Shown here: positions 28,046 through 37,049 of the stretch, piece by piece
Layout: each line of letters begins with the position of its first letter
How positions within the stretch are numbered: the first letter of the stretch is position 1
NCBI GenBank assembly: GCA_965261395.1
Contig: OZ253462.1
Span: 5,824,001 to 5,888,000 of the forward strand
Origin: Candidatus Latescibacterota bacterium
Lineage (GTDB): Bacteria; Latescibacterota; UBA2968; UBA8231
Direction: 5' to 3'
DNA: 64,000 bases
Made by a program: the position numbers and the translations under genes
Notes under the pieces: generated by a model
What the model saw: only the letters and a program-made list of their open reading frames with translations
What the model was told of the DNA's origin: nothing
Databases searched by the model: none

Positions 28046-28825
28046 CTAAAAGTGAAGCGTCAGTCTGGCTCCTGATACATCCGGCCAGACCACAGGATCG
28101 ACACCGAGCGTGGCGCGGTCGCCATCAAACTCCAACAGATGCCCATAAGCAGGATTAGATTGCCGACTTTGCTCATTGATGCGGATGGCAGAGCGAGGGG
28201 CGTCAATCACGGACCACACATGGGCGCAGGCCCAAAGAATACCCCCGGGAAGGGCGCGCGTTTTATTATTTCCTTCAGGATCGGTCCAATGATAATAAGG
28301 AATACCATCCGCATCTTGCCCATAAGCCTTATAATTATCCTGCACCCCAATAAACACGAGCCCGGCCCCTGCTGCTGCGGCACCGAGTTGGACCATTCCC
28401 TTGGTGTATTGATCGTTATAGAATTGGCCGGTTCCAGGCATCACAAGCGATAGGGCGAAAGCCAGCCAAGGCTCTTTCTTCTTGACCCTAACTTGCCCTT
28501 TCATCTCCAGCATAGATTCCTTGGCCATTTTGGCCGCCTCGTCCGTGGTGTCATCCGGTTTGGGGTCTGGCTCGGCTTCAACCTCAGGCTCCAGCACCGG
28601 TTCCTTGACGATTTTGGCGATCTCCTCCAGCGTATAGAGGAACACGCTGCCGCCTTGTGTTTGGATCTTCAGCGATTCGCCCGGAATCTGTTCGATGATG
28701 GTGCCGCGAACGATGGTGCCATCCTTCAAGTAAACGACATCTTCCAGCGGCTGGGCGAAAAGCGGCGCGGTCGCTACAAAAGCCGTCAGGCACGCGACTA
28801 GCGCGACTAGGATAAAACGTAGCAT
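28046..28825 (-). CDS. Exported protein with TM2/DUF5683-like segment and terminal Phe
   Basis: Signal peptide; DVVYLKDGTIVRGTIIEQ; KKKEPWLAFALSLVMPGTGQFYN; WSVIDAP; ends GARLTLHF. Confidence 0.75.
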   Translation of the reverse strand: MLRFILVALVACLTAFVATAPLFAQPLEDVVYLKDGTIVRGTIIEQIPGESLKIQTQGGSVFLYTLEEIAKIVKEPVLEPEVEAEPDPKPDDTTDEAAKMAKESMLEMKGQVRVKKKEPWLAFALSLVMPGTGQFYNDQYTKGMVQLGAAAAGAGLVFIGVQDNYKAYGQDADGIPYYHWTDPEGNNKTRALPGGILWACAHVWSVIDAPRSAIRINEQSRQSNPAYGHLLEFDGDRATLGVDPVVWPDVSGARLTLHF

Positions 28826-29063
28826 ATTTTACTCCATTCTTTTTGTGCGTCAGAGCAGGGTTTTCGGCGCGATTTTTCCAACCGCGTTGAACTCCTTTTG
28901 CATAGCTGTTCATACGGAGTTTTGCAAAGATCGTCCGTCATTATTGGTTTGCCTAAGCGAAGCGGGCCATTCGTCCTCAAGGTCCCACCTTTGTGGCTCG
29001 TCCTCTGCCGAAGGGGAAACGGAACCGTTTGCATGGAAGTGTATTTCATCCCCGACGACGGCG

Positions 29064-30561
29064 CTATTCAATATATATGACATAGATAGCCCCGCCGCTG
29101 GCGAATGCGATGCGTTGGCCGTCGGGCGACCAAGACGGATACCAGCCGTTTGTGAGTCGGGTCCGGTTTTTTCCGTCGGCATCTATGACATAGATAGCCG
29201 AGCCGCTGGCGAATGCGATGCGTTGGCCGTCGTCGGGCGACCAAGACGGATACCAGCCGTTTGTGAGTCGGGTCTGGTTTTTTCCGTCGGCATCCATGAC
29301 ATAGATAGCCCCAGTCACGTTATGTCCCGTCGTGGTTTTCGTTCTGTGGAGGCGGACGAATGCGATGCGTTGGCCGTCGGGCGACCAAGACGGACCCTCG
29401 TCCGACCAATTCGGATCCTCGTCATGGACAGTGTGGTCTGTGAGTCGGGTCTGGTTTTTTCCGTCGGCATCCATGACATAGATAGCCCCGTCGGAGGCGA
29501 ATGCGATGCGTTGGCCGTCGGGCGACCAAGACGGATACCAGCCGTTTGTGAGTCGGGTCTGGTTTTTTCCGTCGGCATCCATGACATAGATAGCCCCGTC
29601 GCGGTAGGAGTCGACTGCGATGCGTTGGCCGTCGGGCGACCAAGACGGATGCCGGTCACCGGTAGGGTCGTCTGTGAGTTGGGTCCGGTTTTTTCCGTCG
29701 GCATCCATGACATAGATAGCCATATCCCAGTCTCTGTTTAGGTGGCCGAGGACGGTGAATGCGATGCGTTGGCCGTCGGGCGACCAAGACGGATGCCGTT
29801 CATCGTCAGAGTTGTCTGTGACTTGGGTTATGGAGCCACTGGTGATAGGAGAGGATTCTTGCGGCTCTTCGGCTTGTTCGTTTTGGGGTCCTTGGGCTCC
29901 TGGAGGTCCTGGAGGTCCTTGTTGACCCTGTTCGCCTTGGGGTCCTTGGGGTCTTCAGGCCCTGGCGGTCTTCAGGCCCTGGCGGCCCTGGCGGTCCTTG
30001 TTCGCCCTGTTGGCCCTGTTCGCCTTGAGGACCTAGAGGTCCTTGTCCGCCCTGGGGTCCTTGGGGTCCTTCAGGCCCTGGAGGCCCTTCAGGCCCTGGC
30101 GGTCCTTCAGGCCCTGGAGGCCCTAGCGGTCCTTGTTGGCCCTGTTGGCCCTGTTCGCCTTGTTGGCCCTGTTGGCCCTGGGGTCCTTGAATTGCTTCGC
30201 CTTGTTCGCCTTGTTCGCCTTGTTCGCCTTGTTCGCCTTGTTCGCCTTGTTCGCCTTGTTCGCCCTGGGGTCCTTGAATTGCTTCACCTTGGGGTCCTTG
30301 TTCGCCCGTATCGCCCTGGGGTCCCTGGGGTCCTTGTTCGCCCTGTTGGCCCTGTTCGCCTTGGGGTCCTTGAATTGCTTCACCTTGGGGTCCCTGAATT
30401 GCTTCGCCTTGGATTCCTTGTTCGCCCTGTTGGCCCTGTTGGCCCTTTTCCCCTTGGGTTCCTTGCGGCCCCATCGGCCCCGTCTGCCCCGGCGGCCCCT
30501 GCGGCCCTGAGCAGGTGGCGAGGCCGAACGCTAATAACGATAAAAACGCAAAGTACTTCAT
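29064..30561 (-). pseudogene. Collagen-stalk lipoprotein with TolB/PD40 beta-propeller head; frameshifted at a 2x17-bp repeat
   Basis: MKYFAF...ATC, then Gly-X-Y, then repeats IYVMDADGKNQTRLT...PSWSPDGQRIAF. The frame is broken at 29950-29983. Confidence 0.8.
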
Positions 30562-30644
30562 GGCCGGTCTCCTTTCGGATAGCTGAGCATACAGAGTTTT
30601 GAAGAGGTCGTTAGTCATTCAACGCCATTGTCCGCTACGCGGGG

Positions 30645-31403
30645 CTAAAAGTGAAGCGTCAGTCTGGCTCCTGATACATCGGGCCAGACCACAGGATCGA
30701 CACCGAGCGTGCCTCGGTCGCCATCAAACTCCAACAGATGCCCATAAGCAGGATTAGATTGCTGACTTTGCTTATTGATTCGCATGGCAGAGAGGGGGGC
30801 GTCAATCACAGACCACACATGGGCGCAGGCCCAAAGAATACCCCCGGGCAGGGCGCGCGTTTTATTATTTCCTTCAGGATCGGTCCAATGATAATAAGGA
30901 TTACCATCCGCATCTTGCCCATAAGCCTTATAATTATCCTGCACCCCAATAAACACGAGCCCGGCCCCTGCGGCTACGGCCCCGAGTTGGACCATTCCCT
31001 TGGTGTATTGATCATTATAGAATTGGCCGGTTCCAGGCATCACAATCGATAGGGCGAAAGCCAGCCAAGGCTCTTTCTTTTTGACCCTAACCTGCCCTTG
31101 CATCTCCAGCATAGACTCCTTGGCCTCGTCGGTGGGGTCCTCCGGTTTGGGGTCTGGCTTGGCCTTAACCTCCGGCTCCAGCACCGGTTCCTTGACGATT
31201 TTGGCAATCTCGTCCAGCGTATAGAGGAACACGCTGCCGCCTTGGGTTTGGATCTTCAGCGATTCACCCGGAATCTGCTCGATGATGGTGCCGCGGACGA
31301 TGGTGCCATCCTTCAAGTAAACGACATCTTCCAGCGACTGGGCGAAAAGCGGCGCGGTCGCGACAAAAGCGGTCAGGCACGTGACTAGGATAAAACGTAG
31401 CAT
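30645..31403 (-). CDS. Near-identical paralogue of 28046-28825
   Basis: Direct sequence duplication, including the downstream intergenic region and the collagen-gene start. Confidence 0.8.
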   Translation of the reverse strand: MLRFILVTCLTAFVATAPLFAQSLEDVVYLKDGTIVRGTIIEQIPGESLKIQTQGGSVFLYTLDEIAKIVKEPVLEPEVKAKPDPKPEDPTDEAKESMLEMQGQVRVKKKEPWLAFALSIVMPGTGQFYNDQYTKGMVQLGAVAAGAGLVFIGVQDNYKAYGQDADGNPYYHWTDPEGNNKTRALPGGILWACAHVWSVIDAPLSAMRINKQSQQSNPAYGHLLEFDGDRGTLGVDPVVWPDVSGARLTLHF

Positions 31404-31553
31404 GTCTTCTTCCTTTCTAAGCCCATGAACAAAAGAGCGATCTGATAAATAGAATAGCTCTTTATAGGGCATGTTCCCATCCTCCAAGGGATAAAGATAA
31501 GCTCCAAGCGGACAGGGAATGTCCGTTGATTATAAAAAATTAAAAAAATCAGC

Positions 31554-33362
31554 TTATTCTTTTTCACCATGACGACTCAACAAACGTTTCATGCTTTCTT
31601 TTTCCGCCCAGTGTAGCGGCGTCTCGCCATTCTTGTTCTTCGCGTTGACATTAGCCCCGTTTCTCAGCAACACCTCGACTGTATTATAATTACTGTTACG
31701 TGCCGCATGGTGCAGCGGCGTATCGCCATCCTTGTTTTTTGCGTTGACATCGGCCCCATTTTTCAGCAACACCTCGGCTGTATTAGTAGCATTGTTCAAT
31801 GCCCCCCAGTGCAGCGGCGTCCAGCCATTCTTGTTTGTGGCGTGGATGTCGGCTCCCTGCTTGAGCAACACCTCGGCCGTTGCAGCCGCATTATTCCACG
31901 CCGCATGGTGCAGCGGCGTCCAGCCATGTTTGTCTTGGGCATTGATATCAGCCCCCTGCTTGAGCAAGACCTCAACTGCTTCATAGGCATTCTTAGACGC
32001 CGCATCGTGCAGACTGTACGCCCCCGCTTTTTCTAGTACTGCCTGTTCCTCCTGCTGCTTTTTTTCTGATGCGGCTTGCTCCTCCTGCCGTTGCTTTTCT
32101 AACGCTGTCTGCTCTCGACGCTCCTTTTCCAACGCGGCCTGCTGTTCCTGCCGCTTTTTTCCCAACGCCGCTTGTTCCTGCCGTTGCTTTTCCAGCGCGG
32201 CCTGCTGTTCCTGCCGCTTTTTTTCTAACGCCGCTTGTTCCTGCCGTTGCTTTTCTAACGCCGCTTGTTCCTGCCGTTGCTTTTCCAACGCGGCCTGCTG
32301 TTCCTGCTGCTTTTTTCCCAACGCGGCTTGTTCCTGAATTGCGATAGCGCCCATAATCAGGAGAGCGACTACCCCCAAAATCACGGCAAACCACTTTGCT
32401 CTTGCTGATTTAGGCTTGCCTTTTGCCTTTTCCTTTTTATTTAATGGAGCATTTCCCGTCTCCCGCCCTAGCCCTTCCTTGGCGTCCGCCGCTATCGCAG
32501 CCTGCCAAGCCTCAACACTCTGCGGACGATCCCCCTCATGCACCGCCAACGCCGCATCGATCGCCGCCAAAAACGCACCACTCACCCGACCTGCACACCG
32601 CTGAGACACCGGAATCAGCGGGTCATCCCGCATCCGGTCGGTCGCATCGTCGGGTGTCTCTCCCGTCAACGCCCGATAGCACACCCCACCCAACGCATAA
32701 ATGTCGGTCCACGCTCCTTGGTGCCCCCGGCTCGAATACTGCTCGATCGGCGCATACCCCGGCGTTACGATCGACGTAACCGAACGACTCTTGGCCCCCA
32801 TCGCCTGACGCGCCGCACCAAAGTCCAACAACACCGGCGAACCATCCTCAGCGCGCAGGATGATATTGCCCGGCTTGATGTCCCGATGCAAAAAGTCTGC
32901 TTGATGCACCACTTCTAAGGCACTCAGCAACGGATATAGAATATTTTTGAGCTCGTCTTCGCTCAGCGTCTCCTTGCGCGTCAGATGCGCCGACAAGTCT
33001 TCTCCCTCCACATAGTCCATTGCGATATAGGCCGTACTATGCGCTTCAAAGAAGTGGTGGACGCGGACGATGTTGGGGTGCTGAAGGCGCGCCAAAATTC
33101 GGGCTTCGTCCAAGAAGCGTTCCAAGCCCCATTGGAAATCCGACGCCGCACGCGGTGCCTGCGGCACGACGGACAGGTCCTGTTCGCGGGTAGCCAAGCC
33201 CGAGGGTAGATACTCCTTGATCGCCACGGGAATATCCAGCGCCACGTTCCAGCCGAGGTAGGTCATACCGAATCCGCCGTGGCCGAGGACGCGGCGAAAC
33301 TCAAAGTCCCGTATGCGCGTTCCCTGCGGCAACGCCAAGCGATGCTGTTGTTCCTCACTCAT
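31554..33362 (-). CDS. Hanks-type Ser/Thr kinase - TM - coiled-coil repeats - ankyrin repeats
   Basis: LGHGGFG, VAIKE, HRDIKPGN, DFG, GYAPIEQ. Then a TM helix, QQAALEK(Q/K)RQE repeats and G.TPLH.AA...LLK.GAD.NA repeats. Confidence 0.95.
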   Translation of the reverse strand: MSEEQQHRLALPQGTRIRDFEFRRVLGHGGFGMTYLGWNVALDIPVAIKEYLPSGLATREQDLSVVPQAPRAASDFQWGLERFLDEARILARLQHPNIVRVHHFFEAHSTAYIAMDYVEGEDLSAHLTRKETLSEDELKNILYPLLSALEVVHQADFLHRDIKPGNIILRAEDGSPVLLDFGAARQAMGAKSRSVTSIVTPGYAPIEQYSSRGHQGAWTDIYALGGVCYRALTGETPDDATDRMRDDPLIPVSQRCAGRVSGAFLAAIDAALAVHEGDRPQSVEAWQAAIAADAKEGLGRETGNAPLNKKEKAKGKPKSARAKWFAVILGVVALLIMGAIAIQEQAALGKKQQEQQAALEKQRQEQAALEKQRQEQAALEKKRQEQQAALEKQRQEQAALGKKRQEQQAALEKERREQTALEKQRQEEQAASEKKQQEEQAVLEKAGAYSLHDAASKNAYEAVEVLLKQGADINAQDKHGWTPLHHAAWNNAAATAEVLLKQGADIHATNKNGWTPLHWGALNNATNTAEVLLKNGADVNAKNKDGDTPLHHAARNSNYNTVEVLLRNGANVNAKNKNGETPLHWAEKESMKRLLSRHGEKE

Positions 33363-33374
33363 ACTCGGCTCTCT

Positions 33375-34328
33375 CTACCCCCGCACGGGTAATATTGTCT
33401 CAACAGCCGCATCTTCGCCCCACCCAAGCCAATAAAGCACCCCCAATAAGACGATAACGCCTAGCAATATCCCGCCCCAGCGTTTTAATCGCGGCCTACT
33501 CTGAGCAGCTTCCCCCTCGCCAATAGCAGCCGCAGCCAATTCCGTGCCCTCGGCCGGCGCGTACAACAAGACGGTCGTGTTGTCCTGCTGGGGATGTGCT
33601 GCCGCTTCCACGGCTTGGATGAGGGCCGCAGCACTATCCTCCAATGGCGCGTCTTGCGTTTTCTGGAGGATCTCCGCAATCTCTTGATCGCTGAGGGTCA
33701 ACAAACCGTCGCTCGCCAAGAGCAGCCGGTCGCCCTGCTCGACCGCTACCGGCTGCGACGACACGTCAATCAGATGGATGTCATCGCCCATGACCGCCGA
33801 CCGCAGTGCATGCCGCCTTGGATCCCGCGCGGCTTCTTCTGCGGTCATATCCCCCTTTGCTACGAGATCCGCAAGAATCGGAGCCATAGAGTGGTCTGCA
33901 TTCAAACGCTCCAATGTGCCTTGGCGGAACAACCACAACGGGGAATCGCCCACGCTGATCCAGTGCAGCCCTTCGCTTGAAACAACAGCCGCGACCAAGG
34001 TCGAACCCATGCTGTCGAGTTTGGGATTTTCGGCGATGGCATCGGCAATGGCTTTATTAGCCGCTTCGAGGCAGTCCCGGAGCCGATCGATGATGGGCCC
34101 AGAAGCCTGGGGATAGACCTCGACAAAGGTCTTGCTCAAAAGGCCACTGGCCGTCGCGCCGGCCACGTGGCCTCCCATGCCATCGGCGACCACCAACATG
34201 GAGTGCTCGCTGCCGTCTAGGCCGAGGTCGCGTCCATCCAGCAGGCCGTAATCATCTTCTTGGTACTCCCGTTTGCCGGGGATTTGCCGCGCGGCAAAGC
34301 GCCCGTCTAATTCGTTCATTTTTGTCAT
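33375..34328 (-). CDS. PP2C-family Ser/Thr phosphatase with C-terminal TM
   Basis: GKREYQED, VADGMGGH, MGSTL, VGDS, LASDGL, QDNTT. Confidence 0.95.
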   Translation of the reverse strand: MTKMNELDGRFAARQIPGKREYQEDDYGLLDGRDLGLDGSEHSMLVVADGMGGHVAGATASGLLSKTFVEVYPQASGPIIDRLRDCLEAANKAIADAIAENPKLDSMGSTLVAAVVSSEGLHWISVGDSPLWLFRQGTLERLNADHSMAPILADLVAKGDMTAEEAARDPRRHALRSAVMGDDIHLIDVSSQPVAVEQGDRLLLASDGLLTLSDQEIAEILQKTQDAPLEDSAAALIQAVEAAAHPQQDNTTVLLYAPAEGTELAAAAIGEGEAAQSRPRLKRWGGILLGVIVLLGVLYWLGWGEDAAVETILPVRG

Positions 34329-34915
34329 TGCGCCTTACTTCCCTCTGTATCCTGCCAATCAAACTCGGCACCGCACAGGGGCACGAAGCGGAGAACTGTA
34401 TTGCCGATACTGATGTGGCTCTGCGCCGACAACTCAGCCGGTGCGAGCACGGGCTGATCGCCGAGATACGTCAGATTGGTGCCGCCACCGTGCTGCACGT
34501 AAAACTTCCGGCCGCGCGGATCGTACGTAACAACGGCATGGCCATTGCGCGAAATCTGGTCGTCGCCAAAATCCAGCTTGACGCGGTCGGTCGCCCCGCG
34601 CCCAAGTGGATTGGAACCATAACCCAGTTGCATGGCCTGCCCTTTTCCCGGCCCCTCGACAACCACTAGCCACCCCACAACCGGATCATCCATGGCGCGG
34701 TCCGCTTCGGTGTGCTCCTCGTCTGTTCGCCGCCCGCCCACCAAACGCGTCTTCTCCTCCTCGCCGCCCTGCTGCTCGGCAGCGGCAGATTCTTCGCCGC
34801 CCTGTGGTGCCGGCGGCAATGGCCTATTGACCACCTCCGTTGGTTTGTCCTCCTCTTTCCGCCTAACGGTTTTTTCTTCTATGATTTTGCCATCGGGTCC
34901 GCGATAAACAGGCAT
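34325..34915 (-). CDS. FHA-domain protein
   Basis: PVVGWLVVVEGPGKG...LGRG......FGDDQISR..HA...TN; low-complexity Thr-containing N-terminus. Confidence 0.85.
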   Translation of the reverse strand: MPVYRGPDGKIIEEKTVRRKEEDKPTEVVNRPLPPAPQGGEESAAAEQQGGEEEKTRLVGGRRTDEEHTEADRAMDDPVVGWLVVVEGPGKGQAMQLGYGSNPLGRGATDRVKLDFGDDQISRNGHAVVTYDPRGRKFYVQHGGGTNLTYLGDQPVLAPAELSAQSHISIGNTVLRFVPLCGAEFDWQDTEGSKAQ

Positions 34916-34968
34916 GGTACCCTCCTATCTTTGGGTTATTCCGGTAGGGCAGGCGTCTCACCCGCAAC

Positions 34969-35760
34969 TTATTTTTCGTAAAGCCGGTTAATTAAGTGGT
35001 CCAAACAGTATTGGCCGGATAGGTTCAGGGCCATTTCTTCCCGGCTTTCCGCAATGTGCAATGTAAATACCAGCAGTACCGACTGGAGCAACGCGAGTAA
35101 GGTCGTGTAAAACGCGACGCTCAGCCGACCCGTGATCTCGGCCAGCAAGGTCGGGTCTCGTGGGTCTTGGATATTGGCCGCATAATCCAAGGCAAACGCA
35201 ATGCCCACCACCGTGCCGATAAACCCCAACGTTGGTATTAGCCATACGAGATAGCGCAACATCGCATATTTGAGTTCGAGCTCGTGCTGAAACAATTCGA
35301 GGGAAGAATTTAATAGCGAGTTAGCTTGGTCCACGGAGCGGCTCCCCTGAAATTGTAGAATGCAGCGCATGATCAGACGCTGTAAAAAGAAAACGCGCTT
35401 CTCGGCCACAGGCCGCACCTTTTGATAAAGGTCACCCAAATCCTGCGCCCGCAACACAACCTCATCTTCTTCCGGCAGGTAGCGTTTGGCTATTTGTTGC
35501 AGTTCCAGCCTCGCTTGGTTGAATCGCACCCAGAGTTCACCGCAGCCGACCCAAAACATGAGCCACATGACGTTTTGGATCGTAAACGGGTACAGGAAAC
35601 TGGCCGTGTGGCGATCTAGCAAGAAAGCACCTACCGCAGAATCGGGATGTCTAAAAATAAAGCTCATAATCGCTATAAAGATGACGCCTCCTAGCAAACT
35701 GACGCCGTTTACTTTTAGGCGTTGCTCTAGCTCTATCCCTGGCCTTGGTCTTTTTGCCAT
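34969..35760 (-). CDS. MotA/TolQ/ExbB proton-channel family protein
   Basis: LIPTLGFIGTVVGIA...LSVAFYTTLLAL. Confidence 0.9.
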   Translation of the reverse strand: MAKRPRPGIELEQRLKVNGVSLLGGVIFIAIMSFIFRHPDSAVGAFLLDRHTASFLYPFTIQNVMWLMFWVGCGELWVRFNQARLELQQIAKRYLPEEDEVVLRAQDLGDLYQKVRPVAEKRVFFLQRLIMRCILQFQGSRSVDQANSLLNSSLELFQHELELKYAMLRYLVWLIPTLGFIGTVVGIAFALDYAANIQDPRDPTLLAEITGRLSVAFYTTLLALLQSVLLVFTLHIAESREEMALNLSGQYCLDHLINRLYEK

Positions 35761-35761
35761 G

Positions 35762-36139
35762 TCAATCCTCCTCGCCGATGATCTCACCTGTATCTACGTC
35801 ACGCCGTACCGGTCCCTCGGGTAGGGGCGTCGTACCTCCCGAACGGCGCTTCCGTTGCACGGCCATCGCGATAAGTGCGGGTGCGGTCGTCTGATAACGA
35901 CCGAGTAGAATCGCATCCGTCGGGTCTATAAATTCCTGCCGGATGCGTTTCCACTCGCCGTTGTGCGCAACATAACTACCCCCGCTGCTGGCGCAATCGG
36001 TGAGATAGTAAGCGCCGCTTGGCGTCGCAATTAGCTCGGCGTGGACGCGCGAGACCGACTCATCGTCAATCTGGATGTCCACGCCTGCGCCGCGACCGAT
36101 TCGGTACACATAAAAGCTCGATTCGCTCATAGTTATCAA
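35762..36139 (-). CDS. FHA-domain protein
   Basis: IGRG...DI.IDDESVSRVHA...LTDCAS..G. Confidence 0.9.
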   Translation of the reverse strand: MITMSESSFYVYRIGRGAGVDIQIDDESVSRVHAELIATPSGAYYLTDCASSGGSYVAHNGEWKRIRQEFIDPTDAILLGRYQTTAPALIAMAVQRKRRSGGTTPLPEGPVRRDVDTGEIIGEED

Positions 36140-37035
36140 CCTGGTTTGGCTCCTACAACATACCCATTATTCTGCTCGGTCAACTGCACTAGAAAATCAA
36201 TAAAGTTCCGGTCCGCGGTGTAATTGCCAACGGCTACGGCGTGGATGGGTGTTTTCTGCTTATTTTTAGCCGTTACAGCCTGCACAACCACTTGCCAATC
36301 TTCGGTGGGTGCTCCATCGCTCAAGAGGATGATTTCTTCGGGGTGTAGGGCAAGCGCCGCCAGCAAAGCGACGCGGGTGGGTGAGCCACCGCCAATGCTC
36401 TTCATCCAGTTTTTTACTAGTGATACAACGCGATCTTGCGTATTCTTTTTGACCTGAAAGTATTCTCCATCTTGAGGCCAATAGTGCAGCAGATCCGCGC
36501 CTTGGAAACCAATGAGACAGACCTCTATTTCCGACTTAAAAGCAGCGAGCATGTCTTGTACAGACAATGCTATAAACTGGCGATAGTCGTGCTGTTCAGG
36601 CTGATAAATGCTGCTCGACATATCTATGACGAACACAAACTTCTTTGCTTTCGTCCTAATGCCCAATAAAACGCTTGTGTCATCTATCTCCTGTTGCAAA
36701 GCCGCGACCTGTCTTTCAAGCGGACTTTTTGTTCTCGGTGCTTTGGCCATTGCCCGCTCTAGCTCGGTTTTTTCTTGTTCCAGCTTGGCTGTCTGCTGCT
36801 CCAGCATAGCCTTCTCGCGCTCCAACTCGGTCCTAGCCTGCTCCAACTCGGCCTTAGCCTGCTCCAGCGTAGCCTTCTCGCGCTCCAATTCGGCCTCTTC
36901 TAGTCCCGATATGTTCAGATTCGGAAAAAAGGGCAGCAGCACTATGGTAATGAGCATGAAAGCGCCGAGAGCCGATGCAAACAGATCGAGCATGGACATG
37001 CTAAATATGTTGAGCTCTCGGCGGCGCTTTTTCAT
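36136..37035 (-). CDS. ExbD/MotB-like N-terminal TM (Asp) + coiled coil + vWA domain
   Basis: MKKRRRELNIFSMSMLDLFASALGAF TM; heptad repeats; MIDAS FVIDMSSS...T...LSDG. Confidence 0.85.
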   Translation of the reverse strand: MKKRRRELNIFSMSMLDLFASALGAFMLITIVLLPFFPNLNISGLEEAELEREKATLEQAKAELEQARTELEREKAMLEQQTAKLEQEKTELERAMAKAPRTKSPLERQVAALQQEIDDTSVLLGIRTKAKKFVFVIDMSSSIYQPEQHDYRQFIALSVQDMLAAFKSEIEVCLIGFQGADLLHYWPQDGEYFQVKKNTQDRVVSLVKNWMKSIGGGSPTRVALLAALALHPEEIILLSDGAPTEDWQVVVQAVTAKNKQKTPIHAVAVGNYTADRNFIDFLVQLTEQNNGYVVGAKPG

Positions 37036-37049
37036 GCCTAATATCCGAT

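Noticed and set aside
29064-29800. Repeat-spacer-like pattern of ~100-bp units
   Set aside because: These are coding PD40/TolB propeller blades.
34944-34965. GTAG-type REP candidate
   Set aside because: It is a single copy with a mismatched stem.
34325-37035. T6SS accessory cluster or Zorya
   Set aside because: No tss core genes are present, and the motor partner has vWA rather than OmpA with no zorC/D/E; kept only as an analogy.
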